64,000 nucleotides of DNA from Eledone cirrhosa. Taxonomy: Eukaryota. The notes below the pieces were generated by a model. That model ran no database searches. It was given only the letters and a program-made list of their open reading frames with translations, and had not been told where the DNA came from. The stretch spans positions 223,944,001 through 224,008,000 of the forward strand of contig OZ024741.1 of NCBI GenBank assembly GCA_964016885.1, given 5' to 3'. The position numbers and the translations under genes are program-made. Below, piece after piece: positions 1-12,612 of the stretch; the stretch's first letter is position 1, and every line of letters begins with the position of its first letter.

Positions 1-1
1 A

Positions 2-100
2 GGCTATGGGGTCCTTCAACTTCCATATTCTTCTCCTCAAGGTAGGCCTCCTCTGTCATCGAGTACGTCTATTCCTGACTATGAGGTCACTAACTACTAG
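2..100 (+). CDS. Possible 3' end of a coding exon entering from the left edge (GYGVLQLPYSSPQGRPPLSSSTSIPDYEVTNY*)
   Basis: Non-repetitive, GC-balanced open frame from the window edge to TAG at 98-100, followed by AT-rich UTR-like sequence. No homology recognised. Confidence 0.25.
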   Translation, partial: GYGVLQLPYSSPQGRPPLSSSTSIPDYEVTNY

Positions 101-389
101 GCTATGTTGGGAGGTGCATTCTTCATGGGGGAGGGATTTAGTGTTTACAACAGACATTTTGTCACGTCTTCTAGTAAGGATATAATCTATCTGGCTGGCG
201 TGTTCTACTGATCTATAGGTGATCAAGTGGTTTTCACGTTTTTTGAAGTTTGTGTTACAGATAGTTAGGCTATTTTATATATATATATTTATATATACAC
301 ACACACACACTTATATACAATAGCAGTTGTACCCGGAGTTGCCTGCATGCCAGTTATGTAGAAAAAGTTTTGTTTCTTTATTAACTTAA

Positions 390-601
390 CCCTTTAGCAT
401 TTAAACCGGCCATATCCAGCCAGAATTCTTTCACCTCTTTCTGTCTGTAACCGGCGTCTAATACTGTTGTTAAGGTATTGTTCTTAAAATAAATAACATC
501 AAAATCTCATAGCTTCAATATTATGTGAGATAATTATGTAAGATAAAGCCTTTACTGCAAAAATACAATAGTAAATATAGAATAATGTAAATGCTAAAGG
601 G
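390..601. mobile_element. piggyBac-type MITE, intact
   Basis: Perfect 14-bp TIRs CCCTTTAGCATTTA (390-403) and TAAATGCTAAAGGG (588-601), flanked by TTAA at 386-389 and 602-605. TTAA TSD with CCC termini is the piggyBac hallmark. Confidence 0.9.
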
Positions 602-674
602 TTAACTGATTTAACATATAGAAATAGACATCTGATCACATGGATTGGAGATTATATTCATTAATTTCAGGGGT

Positions 675-855
675 TATGAGTTGATGATGTAGCCTAGAAA
701 TAACAGGTAATTCTCTCTCAAATCACATCCTACTGTGTTTTCAAAAATAGAAGGACATATTGAATAATGTAGTCTGGGATAAATTATGAATAAACATGAT
801 GGCGATAACAGGAATGTCTTAGATCATAGGTTTGCAGGATCAGAGCTAAACAATA
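675..855 (+). repeat. Dispersed repeat, SINE-body-like (ctagaaata...ctcaaatcaca...gatcatagg...gctaaacaa)
   Basis: Diverged similarity to 42355-42535, and to pieces near 42570, 43440, 43730, 44630, 45830 and 4810-4880 (minus). Confidence 0.55.
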
Positions 856-1004
856 ATTTCAAGGATTAGAAGAATGGAAGATGCAATGTTCATAACTTGT
901 CCATTGCATTAACTCTTAACGTCCTGTACCACATGAAATCACATTAGCAAGACATTCTTGAAAAGTGCAAAGGAGCACTATGACTGCATTACATTAAATA
1001 TTAA

Positions 1005-1211
1005 CCCTTTAACATTTAAACCGACGTATCTGGTCAGAATTCTCTCACCTCTTTCTGTTCAAACCAGCCATACCCAGCAGCTCATACTTATATTAACGTA
1101 TTGTTCTCAAAATAAATAATATCAAAATCTCATAGATTCGATATTATGTGAAATAAAGCCTTTACCGTGAAAATATAATAGTAAATATAGAGTAAGGATT
1201 AAATATTAAAG
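1005..1211. mobile_element. Second, decayed copy of the piggyBac-type MITE
   Basis: TTAA followed by CCCTTTAACATTTA; internal similarity to 390-601; right TIR degenerate. Confidence 0.8.
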
Positions 1212-2719
1212 TCCTCACTTTAATACTGCCAATTTTCACAACAATCTGTCCATTATTAAAGTTTCTATAAACATAGGAATTAACAAACTTGTTTTTAGAT
1301 ATCTTCTGCTGAATTATGACAGGATATAAAGAGTTTATAGAATAACTGAAATAATTCTAACAGGGAATTGAAAATATGTTGCAGATTCTGTTTTCTAGAA
1401 CTCACCATCTATGCAATGAAATTTACTACTATCTTCTTTCTATCTACTAAATTAAATACAATTTTTTTTTTAAAAGGGTGACAGAGAAAAACATATGAAG
1501 GGCTACAGTTAAATTGCTGACCTGAATATCTAAATAAGGTTGATTGCTAATATTCACCAAAAGTGTCATGAAAATGCAAACAACTGTGGCATTTAAAGTT
1601 ACAGATTTTTACTTTTTGATGTTTTTTCACCTGATCAATCATTCTGCAAGTCTTATTTTGTCAAGACCACAACTGCTGTTTTCAATGAAAAGTGGTTCAA
1701 AAAAGAAGGGAAATAAAAAGGTCAGAATTTTCATTGGTCATGACTCAATTCAACATAATCTGATTGGCTGAATTTGACAATTTTATTTTATTTATCTATA
1801 TTTTTGTGCTTTATTTTATAAATTCAAAAATTTCATTTGAATATTATTTGTTTGTTTTTGTTTTTTTAAATATATTTTTCTGAAATACTTTTATGGAATC
1901 AGTGATGAATAGTTTGCTTCTGTGTTTAGTTTTCTTAATTTCAAATTGGTTTTATGTCATAGAAGATTTTGGTGTGGCAGCTTATTTTTTATTTTTATCT
2001 TTTTTTATTTTATTTTATTTTATTTTATTTTATTTTATTTTATTGTTTTTTTTTTCTCATGATGGATGCTCAAGAATTTTAATCTCTTTCAGTTTTTGGT
2101 TCAAGTTAAAGAATTAGACCTTGGCTTTTTCTATAAACACATTTTACCGGAAGAATTGGATTTTGTAGATTCCTAGTAACAAATGAATTTATTGAGGCAA
2201 ATGATAATTTCTTATAAACAGTGAGTTGAAAGGTTCCTTCCCCCTTCCCCTCAGGAAATATTCAAAAACTTAATCCTTTATAAATATACAAGGTCATGAA
2301 TTGGTTGAAATATATTCAGCCATCAGAACTAAATGGAAAACTTAAAAAGAATTCATTCCTATTAATATATATCAACATCATCATCATCGTTTAACGTCCA
2401 TTTTTCTCGCTAGCATAGGTAGGATGGGCTGTTTTTTGTGAGAGATCAGGTCGGAGGACCATGTTTCACTCAAACAGAATTGATTTGGGTTTGGTTTCTA
2501 CAGCTCGATGCCCTTCCTAATGCCAACCACATTTACAGTGTGTGTTGGGTACTTTTTGTTGTGGCTCCAGGGGGACCACTTTATGGTGTAGGTTGGGGAC
2601 TTGGGTAGGGTGGGGGTAGGGATGATTACAGCAAGGGAGGTGTGTGGGAGGGGAAATGGTAGGGGAAGGTGTTGCCTACTAAAATATATGCCTCAGCTCA
2701 AGCATATGGGAGGGTGGGT

Positions 2720-3325
2720 CTTCTGCAATACTGCATAGCACCAGAGATCACAGTCCTGTGTCATCACCTTAATGAGGTGTAATTGTACAAAGTCAGCTTT
2801 TATTCACTCATCCCAAGTCTTCCTAGGTCTGCCCACTCCATGGCTACTGTCAACTTTGAGTGCTCTGCACCTTTTTATACTGCTGTCATCCTTCATATAT
2901 ATTACATGCCCATACCAACGCAATCTCCTCTTCTACACACTGCATCTGACCCTTCTTATGCCTAATTTCTCTTGCAATTTATTTATGCTTTGCCATTCGT
3001 GTATATTGTTATTGCATGTCCATCGAAGCATGGATGCTTCATTTCTTTCCAATCTTCACAGGTCTTCAGCACACAGTGCACAGGTCTCACTGCTGTGAAA
3101 TATTGTTGTTCGTATACATGCATCATACAATCTGTCTTTCCTTTTGAGGGAAAAACCTTTTGTAGTTAGCAGCGGTAGTAACTCTCTGAACTTACTCCAA
3201 CCCAATGTTACTCTGATTACTGTGCTATCAGAACACCCTCCTCCACTGCTGATTTGGTCACCCAGGTAACCGAAACTATCTACCACTTCTACAGTGCCCT
3301 CTAGGTATTTGAAGGAGATTGATGA
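2720..3325 (-). mobile_element. RTE-clade LINE 3' fragment, decayed ORF2 C-terminus
   Basis: Minus ORF 3056-3286 reads VDSFGYLGDQISSGGGC...GWSKFRELLPLL...RLYDACIR...HSSET, with GRPRKTWDE further downstream near 2810-2835. These are typical post-RT RTE motifs. Confidence 0.85.
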
Positions 3326-3839
3326 TATATATATATATATATATCATCATCATCATCATCATCGTTGTTTTAACAATCACTTTCCCTGCTATCAAGGGTT
3401 GGACGGGTCTACATAGACCAAGTCAGTACTGATCACTCAGACAAGCCAAGAATCTGTCGTCTCACCAAGTGCACAGGGAAGGTTGTCATGTCTTTCACAC
3501 AACTGAAGGTCCTCTCGACCTTTTATTTGGCAAGCTTTCTATGGTTGGATGCCCTTCCTATCCTCAACCAGGTTACGTGTTCTGGGTGTGTGTATCATGT
3601 AGATCATCAACTACTAGGGAGGCTGTCATGCCTTGGCATCACTAAAGAGTCCTCCCGACCCTTTGTTTGGCAAGCCCTCCATAGCTGGATGCTCTTCCCA
3701 TCACCAACCACTTTACAAGGGGGCGGCAGCTAGGAGAATGTATGAGGAGGGTGTTCTGCTGTTAGTGAGCTGTGGTGGTCGTGGTTGTGGTGGTGGGGGT
3801 TTCAGACCACATTGTATGTTGCAGGTCGGGTCTTCTTCA

Positions 3840-3885
<46 letters not shown>

Positions 3886-3979
3886 ATGTGTTTGTGCGTG
3901 TGTGTGTGTAAGTGTTTATGTATATAATAAGGTCATTCTCTCTTTTTCTCTCTCTCTCTCTCTCTCTCTCTTATATATA

Positions 3980-4298
3980 GGTGCTTAGTGGTTAGATCAT
4001 TGAGCTCACAATCGTAAGGTTGTGAGTTCAAATCCCAGACTGGATAGCACGTTGTGTTCTTGAACAAAACACTTTATTTCACGTTGCTCCAGTAGAAACA
4101 TGTTGCGACATCACTGGTGCCAAGCTGTATCAGTCATTGCCTTTCCCTTGGACAATATTGGTGGCATGGAGAGAGGAAACTGGCATGCATGGGAGTGACT
4201 GCTGGTCTTCCACAAACACATCTTGCCAAGACTTGTGCCTTGGAAGGGAACTTTCTAGGTGCAAAACCATGGTCATTCGGGACCAAAGGGGACCCTCG
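3980..4298 (+). mobile_element. tRNA-derived SINE (family B)
   Basis: A-box-like gcttagtggttag, B-box gttcaaatccc, then gttgtgttcttgaacaaaacactttatttcac (CORE-like). Body shared with 6480-6742. Confidence 0.8.
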
Positions 4299-4953
4299 AT
4301 ATATATCATCATGCATCAAGTTCTACTTTGATTTATGGTCTTTGCACCGAAGACACTCAAAATATATATGTACATAATAAGTATATATGTCTAGCAAGAG
4401 GACTCTTCAGTTGTGTCAAGGACATAATTGGCTCCCTAGTGCTGGTACCACAATAAAATGCATGACACTCTATAGAGTACGAGATCAGTGACTTCAATTA
4501 AGTACATATTTGTTCTGTGATGACCCATCCAAACCTTGCTAGCAGAGAAAACAGATGTTAAATGGTGGTGGTGGTGATGGTGATGATGATAATATTAGTA
4601 TCCATGAACTTCTCGTTATCATGGGCAACACTTTCTTCTAGTTTGAGAGCTCTATCTACCAGCAGAAGTCGGGACTGCTGATGAGGTCATATCTTGAAAG
4701 CTCGTGGAAAAGATCATGAGAAATGCTCTTCTTCATAACTAACCTCATCTTCTATATCTAAGGCTATTTACATTATCTAACAAGTCCTAATTTAACACAG
4801 TATGTTCTGATTTGAGAGAATTTGGTTGTTATTTCTAGCATGTTTAGTGACCACATAGATGCTCACTCATTGGCTTGACCACAAGTAGTTTTGTTATTTA
4901 GATATTATGAACTGATCACATGAGATGGCTGCAAATAAATGGTCACAACCAAT

Positions 4954-5139
4954 AATTGTTTCTACTTTTAGCACAAGGCCAGCAATTACCCCCAGTGCAT
5001 TACTGGTGCTTTATGTTATTGACTCCATAATGATGAAAGGCAAAGTTAACCTCAACGGGATTTGAACCCAGAACGTAAAGGGCCATAACTCTATGATGCA
5101 AATCATGGTGTCTGACGCTCTACCGTTACTGCCAATCCA
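4954..5139 (-). mobile_element. SINE family A copy
   Basis: Reverse complement matches the family consensus ggattggcagt...gttcaaatcccg..gaggttaactttgcctttcatc...gctggccttgtgc..aaagtagaaacaatt. Confidence 0.85.
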
Positions 5140-5693
5140 ATAAAAAAAATAGTCCAGCTAGACAGTAGAAATGTCCACATGATATAGTTACAAAAGGTGA
5201 CAACAAGAGGTGGTTATAAGACATGACCACATGAAATGATCGGTATAGTTGGTCACAGTATAAATAATACACACATTGGAAGGAGTCAATTATGGTAGAG
5301 AAGATAACTATCTTCAGACAACGATATAAAAAAATATGCTGTCAGATTAAAAGCCAAATATATGTGTGTGTATGTGTGTAGATATATACATGTTGTTCCA
5401 TTTTTTGGAGAATTCTTTTTTATTTCATCAGCTATCTAATCTGATTCTTTCCTACACACTTCTGCTGCTGATATAAAAATGGAAAACATAGCAGTAGAAC
5501 CGTTTGTTCAGTAGAATTGGTTTAATTATCTCAGCATGGTTATTTCTATTATATATATTTATTTATATATAGATATAGATTAGCAGTAGCACTAACATTG
5601 CATGATTAAAAATAGAAGTATATATATATACATATATATATATATGCATGCATATATATATATATATACATGCATATATATATATATATATAT

Positions 5694-5886
5694 GAAAAAG
5701 TATGACCCCGACTGCAGAGCTCAAGTCGTTTCGACGGCTATTTCTGGACTAGTCCAGAAATAGCCGTCGAAACGGCTTGAGCTCTGCCATCGGGGGTCAT
5801 ACTTTTTCCTATTTCCCACTCTACTACCCTAAGTATTGAGTACTCTGGTGCATTATGGTCCATCTGGTTCCTTACCACAATTCCTT

Positions 5887-5892
<6 letters not shown>
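5694..5892 (+). mobile_element. Fold-back element in a (TA)n tract, probable Penelope-like pLTR remnant with a partial hammerhead
   Basis: Hairpin 5694-5808 with a perfect 48-bp central palindrome (5727-5774). Arms carry GAAAC...gagctc...GTC. The tail motif ctctacta..gtattgagtac is shared with the element at 34341-34533. Confidence 0.6.
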
Positions 5893-5927
<35 letters not shown>

Positions 5928-6479
5928 TGCATATAGATATATATACATACATACACATATATAGATAGATATGTATTCAGAATAATATATTAATAAAGTA
6001 TAATTGTCAGAAGAACTAAAACACTGTTTATCACTTGGCTAAAGAAACAGTAAAAAAACATTGTTTATAATTTGAATCGACCACTCTCGTCTTTCATGAG
6101 ATATATAGTGATAAGTCATATGAATGATGAAAATGTTAGATTCAAGTTATAAACAATGTTTTATATCCAAGTTATAAAAAGGTGTTTTATTACTACTTCT
6201 GGCAAATATACTATGAAAAAGTGCCTCTCAGTTGGTTGTTTTGGTGCCAAGATAAAAAGCACCTAGTCCATGTTGTAAATGTGGTTGGCGTTAAGAATGG
6301 CATCCAGTTGGAGAAATCAAGCCAGAAACAGTTCTGTATGAGTAAGACATGGTTACCTCATCTAACTTGTCTTACAATGGGACAACTTGTCTAACCAATG
6401 CTAACCTGGAAATTGAATATTAATTGATGATGATAGTATAACATATATATATTTATGCGTGTGTGTGTGTGTGTCAAGG

Positions 6480-6742
6480 AACAAGGCTTAGTAGTTAGAG
6501 CATTGGGCTTGCAATCGCAAGGTTGTGAGTTCAATTCTGTAGAAATGAATTGCGACATCACTGGTGCCAAGCTGTATCAGCCATTGCCTTTCCCTTGGAC
6601 ATCATCGGTGGTGTGGAAAGGGGAGGCTTGTATGCATAGGTGACTGTTGGTCTTCCACAAACAACCTTGCCCAGACTTGGGCCTTGGAGGTGAAACTTTC
6701 TAGGTACAAATCCCATAGTCATTTGTGACTGAAGGGGGTCTA
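6480..6742 (+). mobile_element. tRNA-derived SINE (family B), internally deleted
   Basis: ggcttagtagttag and gagttcaattc boxes; body aligns with 4095-4295. Confidence 0.8.
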
Positions 6743-7531
6743 TTTTTACTGCCCTCCAAGACGTGTCTTCCTTCTACAATCCATTTTTGTCATAGTTTCT
6801 TGCTCATATCATCCTGGTAAATCCCACTACATCCATGACAGAATATCTGTCATCCATCTTAAACCTCTCCTCCTGACATGTCTACCTTAAAACAAAGTAT
6901 TTCCTTCCTCAGGAGCCGGCACTGTACCACCCTCCACTCCCTCCTACATTACCTCCCCCCCCCCTCCTATCAGATCCATGTCAACATACTTAACTCCCAC
7001 CTCCTATTTTTATATCTGAATAAGGCATCCCCTCCCCTAGTGTGGCTAGGGTCCTTCAGTCAAGTCAGTGACTGGTGTTAGGAAATTCATTCTCAGCACA
7101 AATGTAATCTTGAAATGTAAATTTGAAAAGCTACCCATGGCTGAAATCAGTTAACATAAAAACAAATTAGATAGCTAAGATTATTTCTGCAAACCTACCT
7201 ATTTTTTTTTTAATATATAATTTATTTGGTTATGAACTAATTTATTTTTATTGTGTAAGTAAGTTTGTTGCCAAATAAAGGGTCTGGAGGATCCTTCAGT
7301 TGTGTCAAGGACATGACAATCTCCCTAGTGTTGGTGATCTACACAATAAATAAACCCAGTACATGCTGTAAAGTTGTTGGTGATAGTGAGGGCATCCAGT
7401 CATAGTAAGTTTGCCAAACAAAGAGTTGGGAGAACCTTTTAGTTGTGTCAATGACATGACAACATCGTTATTTCTGGTATCAGGGTAAAATGTACATGAT
7501 AGAGCATGGAAGCATATGTAAGAGATTCAAA

Positions 7532-7744
7532 TGATACAAACCTGTTTACTGTAAATATAAGATTTATCTAAATACCTTCCCTCATAATTTTAAGAGCCTT
7601 TGTTAAGCTATATTCCAAACACCAACTTAATAATGAGAAAGTTAATTATATTACTAAATCCTTCCAAATTCTTGATTATTTTTTAAATTATTTGAAAATC
7701 ATAAGCAGTGTCTTTGATTAGAAATATGGTAATAAAAGAATTAA
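7532..7744. mobile_element. Second TTAA-ended MITE-like repeat, uninterrupted copy
   Basis: Aligns with 45211-45355 plus 45700-45791; ends aaatatggtaataaaagaattaa. Confidence 0.6.
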
Positions 7745-7937
7745 CCCACGTTAATATAATGTCTACTATTATTATCACCTACCTTCAATGATAATAGCAT
7801 TAAAGATGAACAATATAGAATATCTTTCATGAGAAATATGGTAACAAAAGGGTTGAAATGTCTATTTTTATCTAACATTCCATCATTATTTTGTCTATTT
7901 TTATCTAACATTCCATCATTATTTTGTCCGAGTATCT

Positions 7938-8185
7938 TGCCGAGGTTAACTTTGCCTTTCATCCTTACGGGGGTCAATAAAATAAAGTACCAGTAACGTA
8001 CTGGGTAATTGCTGGCCTTGTGCCATAAGTAGAAACAATTATTTTGTCTGGTGGATTGGCAGTATCAGTAGAGGGACGGACGCCATGCTTTGCAGCATAG
8101 AGTTACGTCCCTTTACGGTCTGAATTCAAATCCTGCCTTTCATCCTTACGGGGTTGATAAAATAAAGTACCAGTAATGCACTGGA
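7938..8185 (+). mobile_element. Two tandem SINE family A copies (a 3' half, then a 5'-intact copy)
   Basis: gccgaggttaactttgcctttcatccttacggggg...agtagaaacaatt at 7938-8040, then ggtggattggcagtatcag...gtaccagtaatgcactgg at 8050-8185. Confidence 0.85.
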
Positions 8186-8549
8186 GGGGTCTGTGTGTGT
8201 GTGTGTATATGTGTAAAGCACTGGAATCACTCTGATGAGGGTTTTAGTTTTGTTATCCCTAACAAGCATGGCAAAAGAGCATTAGATCTAAAGTGTATAT
8301 GGTGGTCATGTTGGTGGGAGAAGGGTGGATGGAGGAAAGACCATTTCTGGAATGTTCGTTGTTTCCATTCCAAAAATAATCCAAGTGAATGATAATCCTG
8401 GTGTCATTTCCAAGATAATTTTAATTAATCCAGTTTACACACTCCCTCAAGATTAAAATATATTTTTGCACCTCCACCTTCACCCACTTCTAGCTAAAAA
8501 TGCAAGATAACAGAATTCTATAACAAAACACACCTATGTACACAAGATT

Positions 8550-8665
8550 TAATAATATATATATATATATACGCACATATATATACACAAATATATACAT
8601 ATATACATACGTAAAAGTATGTTTATATATGTGTGTGTGTGTATATATATGTGTCTATATATATA

Positions 8666-8712
<47 letters not shown>

Positions 8713-8756
8713 ATAACAATTGTAAGAGTGTGTGTTTGTATATATATATATGCATG

Positions 8757-8807
<51 letters not shown>

Positions 8808-8979
8808 TTAGTAAATTAGTTCTGTTTTTGCAAATCCTAGTAGAATAGATAGAAATACTGCTTTAAAATACACACAACAACAACAACAATAATGAAGAGA
8901 AATCACCATTATATTCCATTTACAAAGAGTGAGGGAGTGAGTGAGAGGAGGGTGGAAAAGGGAGGTAACAAAAGAATTG

Positions 8980-9041
<62 letters not shown>

Positions 9042-9192
9042 GACAGAGAGAGAAGGGGGGGATGAAGAATTATATAAATGTGTGTATATATATATATATA
9101 TGTATATATATTTATATATATATATGTATGTATGTATGTATATATATTTATATGTATATATGTATGTATATATATATATATATGTATGTATA

Positions 9193-9235
<43 letters not shown>

Positions 9236-9236
9236 A

Positions 9237-9270
<34 letters not shown>

Positions 9271-9401
9271 GAAAGAGAGAGATGGGGGGAGAAAGAATTA
9301 TCTATATATATGTATATATATTTATATATATATATGTATGTATGTATGTATATATATATATTTATATGTATATATGTATGTATATATATATGTATGTATA
9401 A

Positions 9402-9440
<39 letters not shown>

Positions 9441-9510
9441 AAGAGAGAGGGGAGGGGGGGGGGAGAAAGAATTATCTATATGTGTGTATATATATACACA
9501 TATATAGATA
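8550..9510. repeat. Compound (TA)n/(TG)n microsatellite with duplicated gagag..gggg..aagaatta spacers
   Basis: Directly visible. Confidence 0.9.
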
Positions 9511-9949
9511 TATACTGAAATACGCTGAAAAAGAGAAGGGGAAGGAAACCTTGAGATTTAATAGGACTGCTCACGAAATACCTTCGTTATTCGCAGGAAT
9601 TCAGAGATTTAGAGGAATTGATTTCCCTCTTAGATGAATATTGGCTCCAAATGAAAACTCTATCTTTAATTGATTTAATTGTGGAAACGCTGATGCCAAA
9701 ATGGAAGCCTTCTTCTCACTGGCAACAGTAGTTAGATTGAAATCAATACTTTTTGAAAAAGTAAAAAGTCATCGTTTTTCTCTTACTGATGTTGTTGTTG
9801 TTGTTGTTATTGGTGATATTGGTGGCAACGATAGTGGCTGTGGTGGTGGTGGTGGCGTTTATGGTGTTGGTAGTAGTGTTGGTGATGGTGATGTTGATGG
9901 TGGTGGTGGTGGTAATGTTGTTATTCTGGTGACATTGTTGTTGTTGGTG

Positions 9950-12612
9950 GTGGCAGTGTTGTTGTTAGTGTTGTTGTTTTTGGTTGTGTTGCCACTAGTT
10001 GTGGTGTGGTTCTTGGCAGTGATGGTGTTAGTGTTGTTGTTTTTGGTTGTGTTGCCATTAGTTGTGGTGTGGTTCTTGGTGGTGATGTTGTTAGTGTTGT
10101 TGTTTTTGGTTGTGTTGCCATTAGTTGTGGTGTGGTTCTTGGCAGTGATGTTGTTAGTGTTGTTGTTTTTGGTTGTGTTGCCATTAGTTGTGGTGTGGTT
10201 CTTGGTGGTGATGTTGTTAGTGTTGTTGTTTTTGGTTGTGTTGCCATTAGTTGTGGTGTGGTTCTTGGTGGTGATGTTGTTAGTGTTGTTGTTTTTGGTT
10301 GTGTTGCCATTAGTTGTGGTGTGGTTCTTGGTGGTGATGTTGTTAGTGTTGTTGTTTTTGGTTGTGTTGCCATTAGTTGTGGTGTGGTTCTTGGCAGTGA
10401 TGTTGTTAGTGTTGTTGTTTTTGGTTGTGTTGCCATTAGTTGTGGTGTGGTTCTTGGTGGTGATGTTGTTAGTGTTGTTGTTTTTGGTTGTGTTGCCATT
10501 AGTTGTGGTGTGGTTCTTGGTGGTGATGTTGTTAGTGTTGTTGTTTTTGGTTGTGTTGCCATTAGTTGTGGTGTGGTTCTTGGTGGTGATGTTGTTAGTG
10601 TTGTTGTTTTTGGTTGTGTTGCCATTAGTTGTGGTGTGGTTCTTGGTGGTGATGTTGTTAGTGTTGGTGTTTTTGGTTGTGTTGCCATTAGTTGTGGTGT
10701 GGTTCTTGGCAGTGATGGTGTTAGTGTTGTTGTTTTTGGTTGTGTTGTCATTAGTTGTGGTGTGGTTCTTGGTGGTGATGTTGTTAGTGTTGTTGTTTTT
10801 GGTTGTGTTGCCATTAGTTGTTCATTGGTTCTTGGTGGTGATGTTGTTAGTGTTGTTGTTTTTGGTTGTGTTGCCATTAGTTGTGGTGTGGTTCTTGGTG
10901 GTGATGTTGTTAGTGTTGTTGTTTTTGGTCGTGTTGCCATTAGTTGTGGTGTGGTTCTTGGTGGTGATGTTGTTAGTGTTGTTGTTTTTGGTTGTGTTGC
11001 CATTAGTTGTGGTGTGGTTCTTGGTGGTGATGTTGTTAGTGTTGTTGTTTTGGTCGTGTTGCCATTAGTTGTGGTGTGGTTCTTGGTGGTGATGTTGTTA
11101 GTGTTGTTGTTTTGGTCGTGTTGCCATTAGTTGTGGTGTGGTTCTTGGTGGTGATGTTGTTAGTGTTGTTGTTTTTGGTTGTGTTGCCATTAGTTGTGGT
11201 GTGGTTCTTGGTGGTGATGTTGTTAGTGTTGTTGTTTTTGGTTGTGTTGCCACTAGTTGTGGTGTGGTTCTTGGTGGTGATGTTGTTAGTGTTGTTGTTT
11301 TTGGTTGTGTTGCCATTAGTTGTGGTGTGGTTCTTGGTGGTGATGTTGTTAGTGTTGTTGTTTTTGGTTGTGTTGCCATTAGTTGTGGTGTCGTTCTTGG
11401 TGGTGATGTTGTTAGTGTTGTTGTTTTTGGTTGTGTTGCCATTAGTTGTGGTGTGGTTCTTGGCAGTGATGTTGTTAGTGTTGTTGTTTTTGGTTGTGTT
11501 GCCATTAGTTGTGGTGTCGTTCTTGGTGGTGATGTTGTTAGTGTTGTTGTTTTTGGTTGTGTTGCCATTAGTTGTGGTGTGGTTCTTGGTGGTGATGTTG
11601 TTAGTGTTGTTGTTTTGGTCGTGTTGCCATTAGTTGTGGTGTGGTTCTTGGTGGTGATGTTGTTAGTGTTGTTGTTTTTGGTTGTGTTGCCATTAGTTGT
11701 GGTGTGGTTCTTGGTGGTAATGTTGTTAGTGTTGTTGTTTTTGGTTGTGTTGCCATTAGTTGTGGTGTGGTTCTTGGTGGTGATGTTGTTAGTGTTGTTG
11801 TTTTTGGTTGTGTTGCCATTAGTTGTGGTGTGGTTCTTGGTAGTGATGTTGTTAGTGTTGTTGTTTTTGGTTGTGATGCCATTAGTTGTGGTGTGGTTCT
11901 TGGTGGTGATGTTGTTAGTGTTGTTGTTTTTGGTTGTGTTGCCATTAGTTGTTCATTGGTTCTTGGTGGTGATGTTGTTAGTGTTGTTGTTTTTGGTTGT
12001 GTTGCCACTAGTTGTGGTGTGGTTCTTGGTGGTGATGTTGTTAGTGTTGTTGTTTTTGGTTGTGTTGCCACTAGTTGTGGTGTGGTTCTTGGTGGTGATG
12101 TTGTTAGTGTTGTTGTTTTTGGTTGTGTTGCCATTAGTTGTGGTGTCGTTCTTGGTGGTGATGTTGTTAGTGTTGTTATTTTTGGTTGTGGTGTCATTAG
12201 TTGTGGTGTGGTTCTTGGTGGTGATGTTGTTAGTGTTGTTGTTTTTGGTTGTGTTCCCATTAGTTGTGGTGTGGTTCTTGGTGGTGATGTTGTTAGTGTT
12301 GTTGTTTTTGGTTGTGTTGCCATTAGTTGTGGTGTGGTTCTTGGTGGTGATGTTGTTAGTGTTGTTGTTTTTGGTTGCGTTGCCATTTGTTGTGGTGTGG
12401 TTCTTGGTGGTGATGTTGTTAGTGTTGTTGTTTTGGTCGTGTTGCCATTAGTTGTGGTGTGGTTCTTGGTGGTGATGTTGTTAGTGTTGTTGTTTTTGGT
12501 TGTGATGCCATTAGTTGTGGTGTGGTTCTTGGTGGTGATGTTGTTAGTGTTGTTGTTTTTGGTTGCGTTGCCATTTGTTGTGGTGTGGTTCTTGGTGGTG
12601 ATGTTGTTAGTG
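9950..12612. repeat. 63-bp minisatellite array (gttgttagtgttgttgtttttggttgtgttgccattagttgtggtgtggttcttggtggtgat)
   Basis: About 40 near-identical units. Occasional 62-bp units (ttttggtcgtg) shift the reading frame. Confidence 0.95.

Noticed and set aside
3980-4045. tRNA gene (also 6485, 46740, 59345)
   Set aside because: A/B boxes are present but no full cloverleaf; each continues into SINE body sequence.
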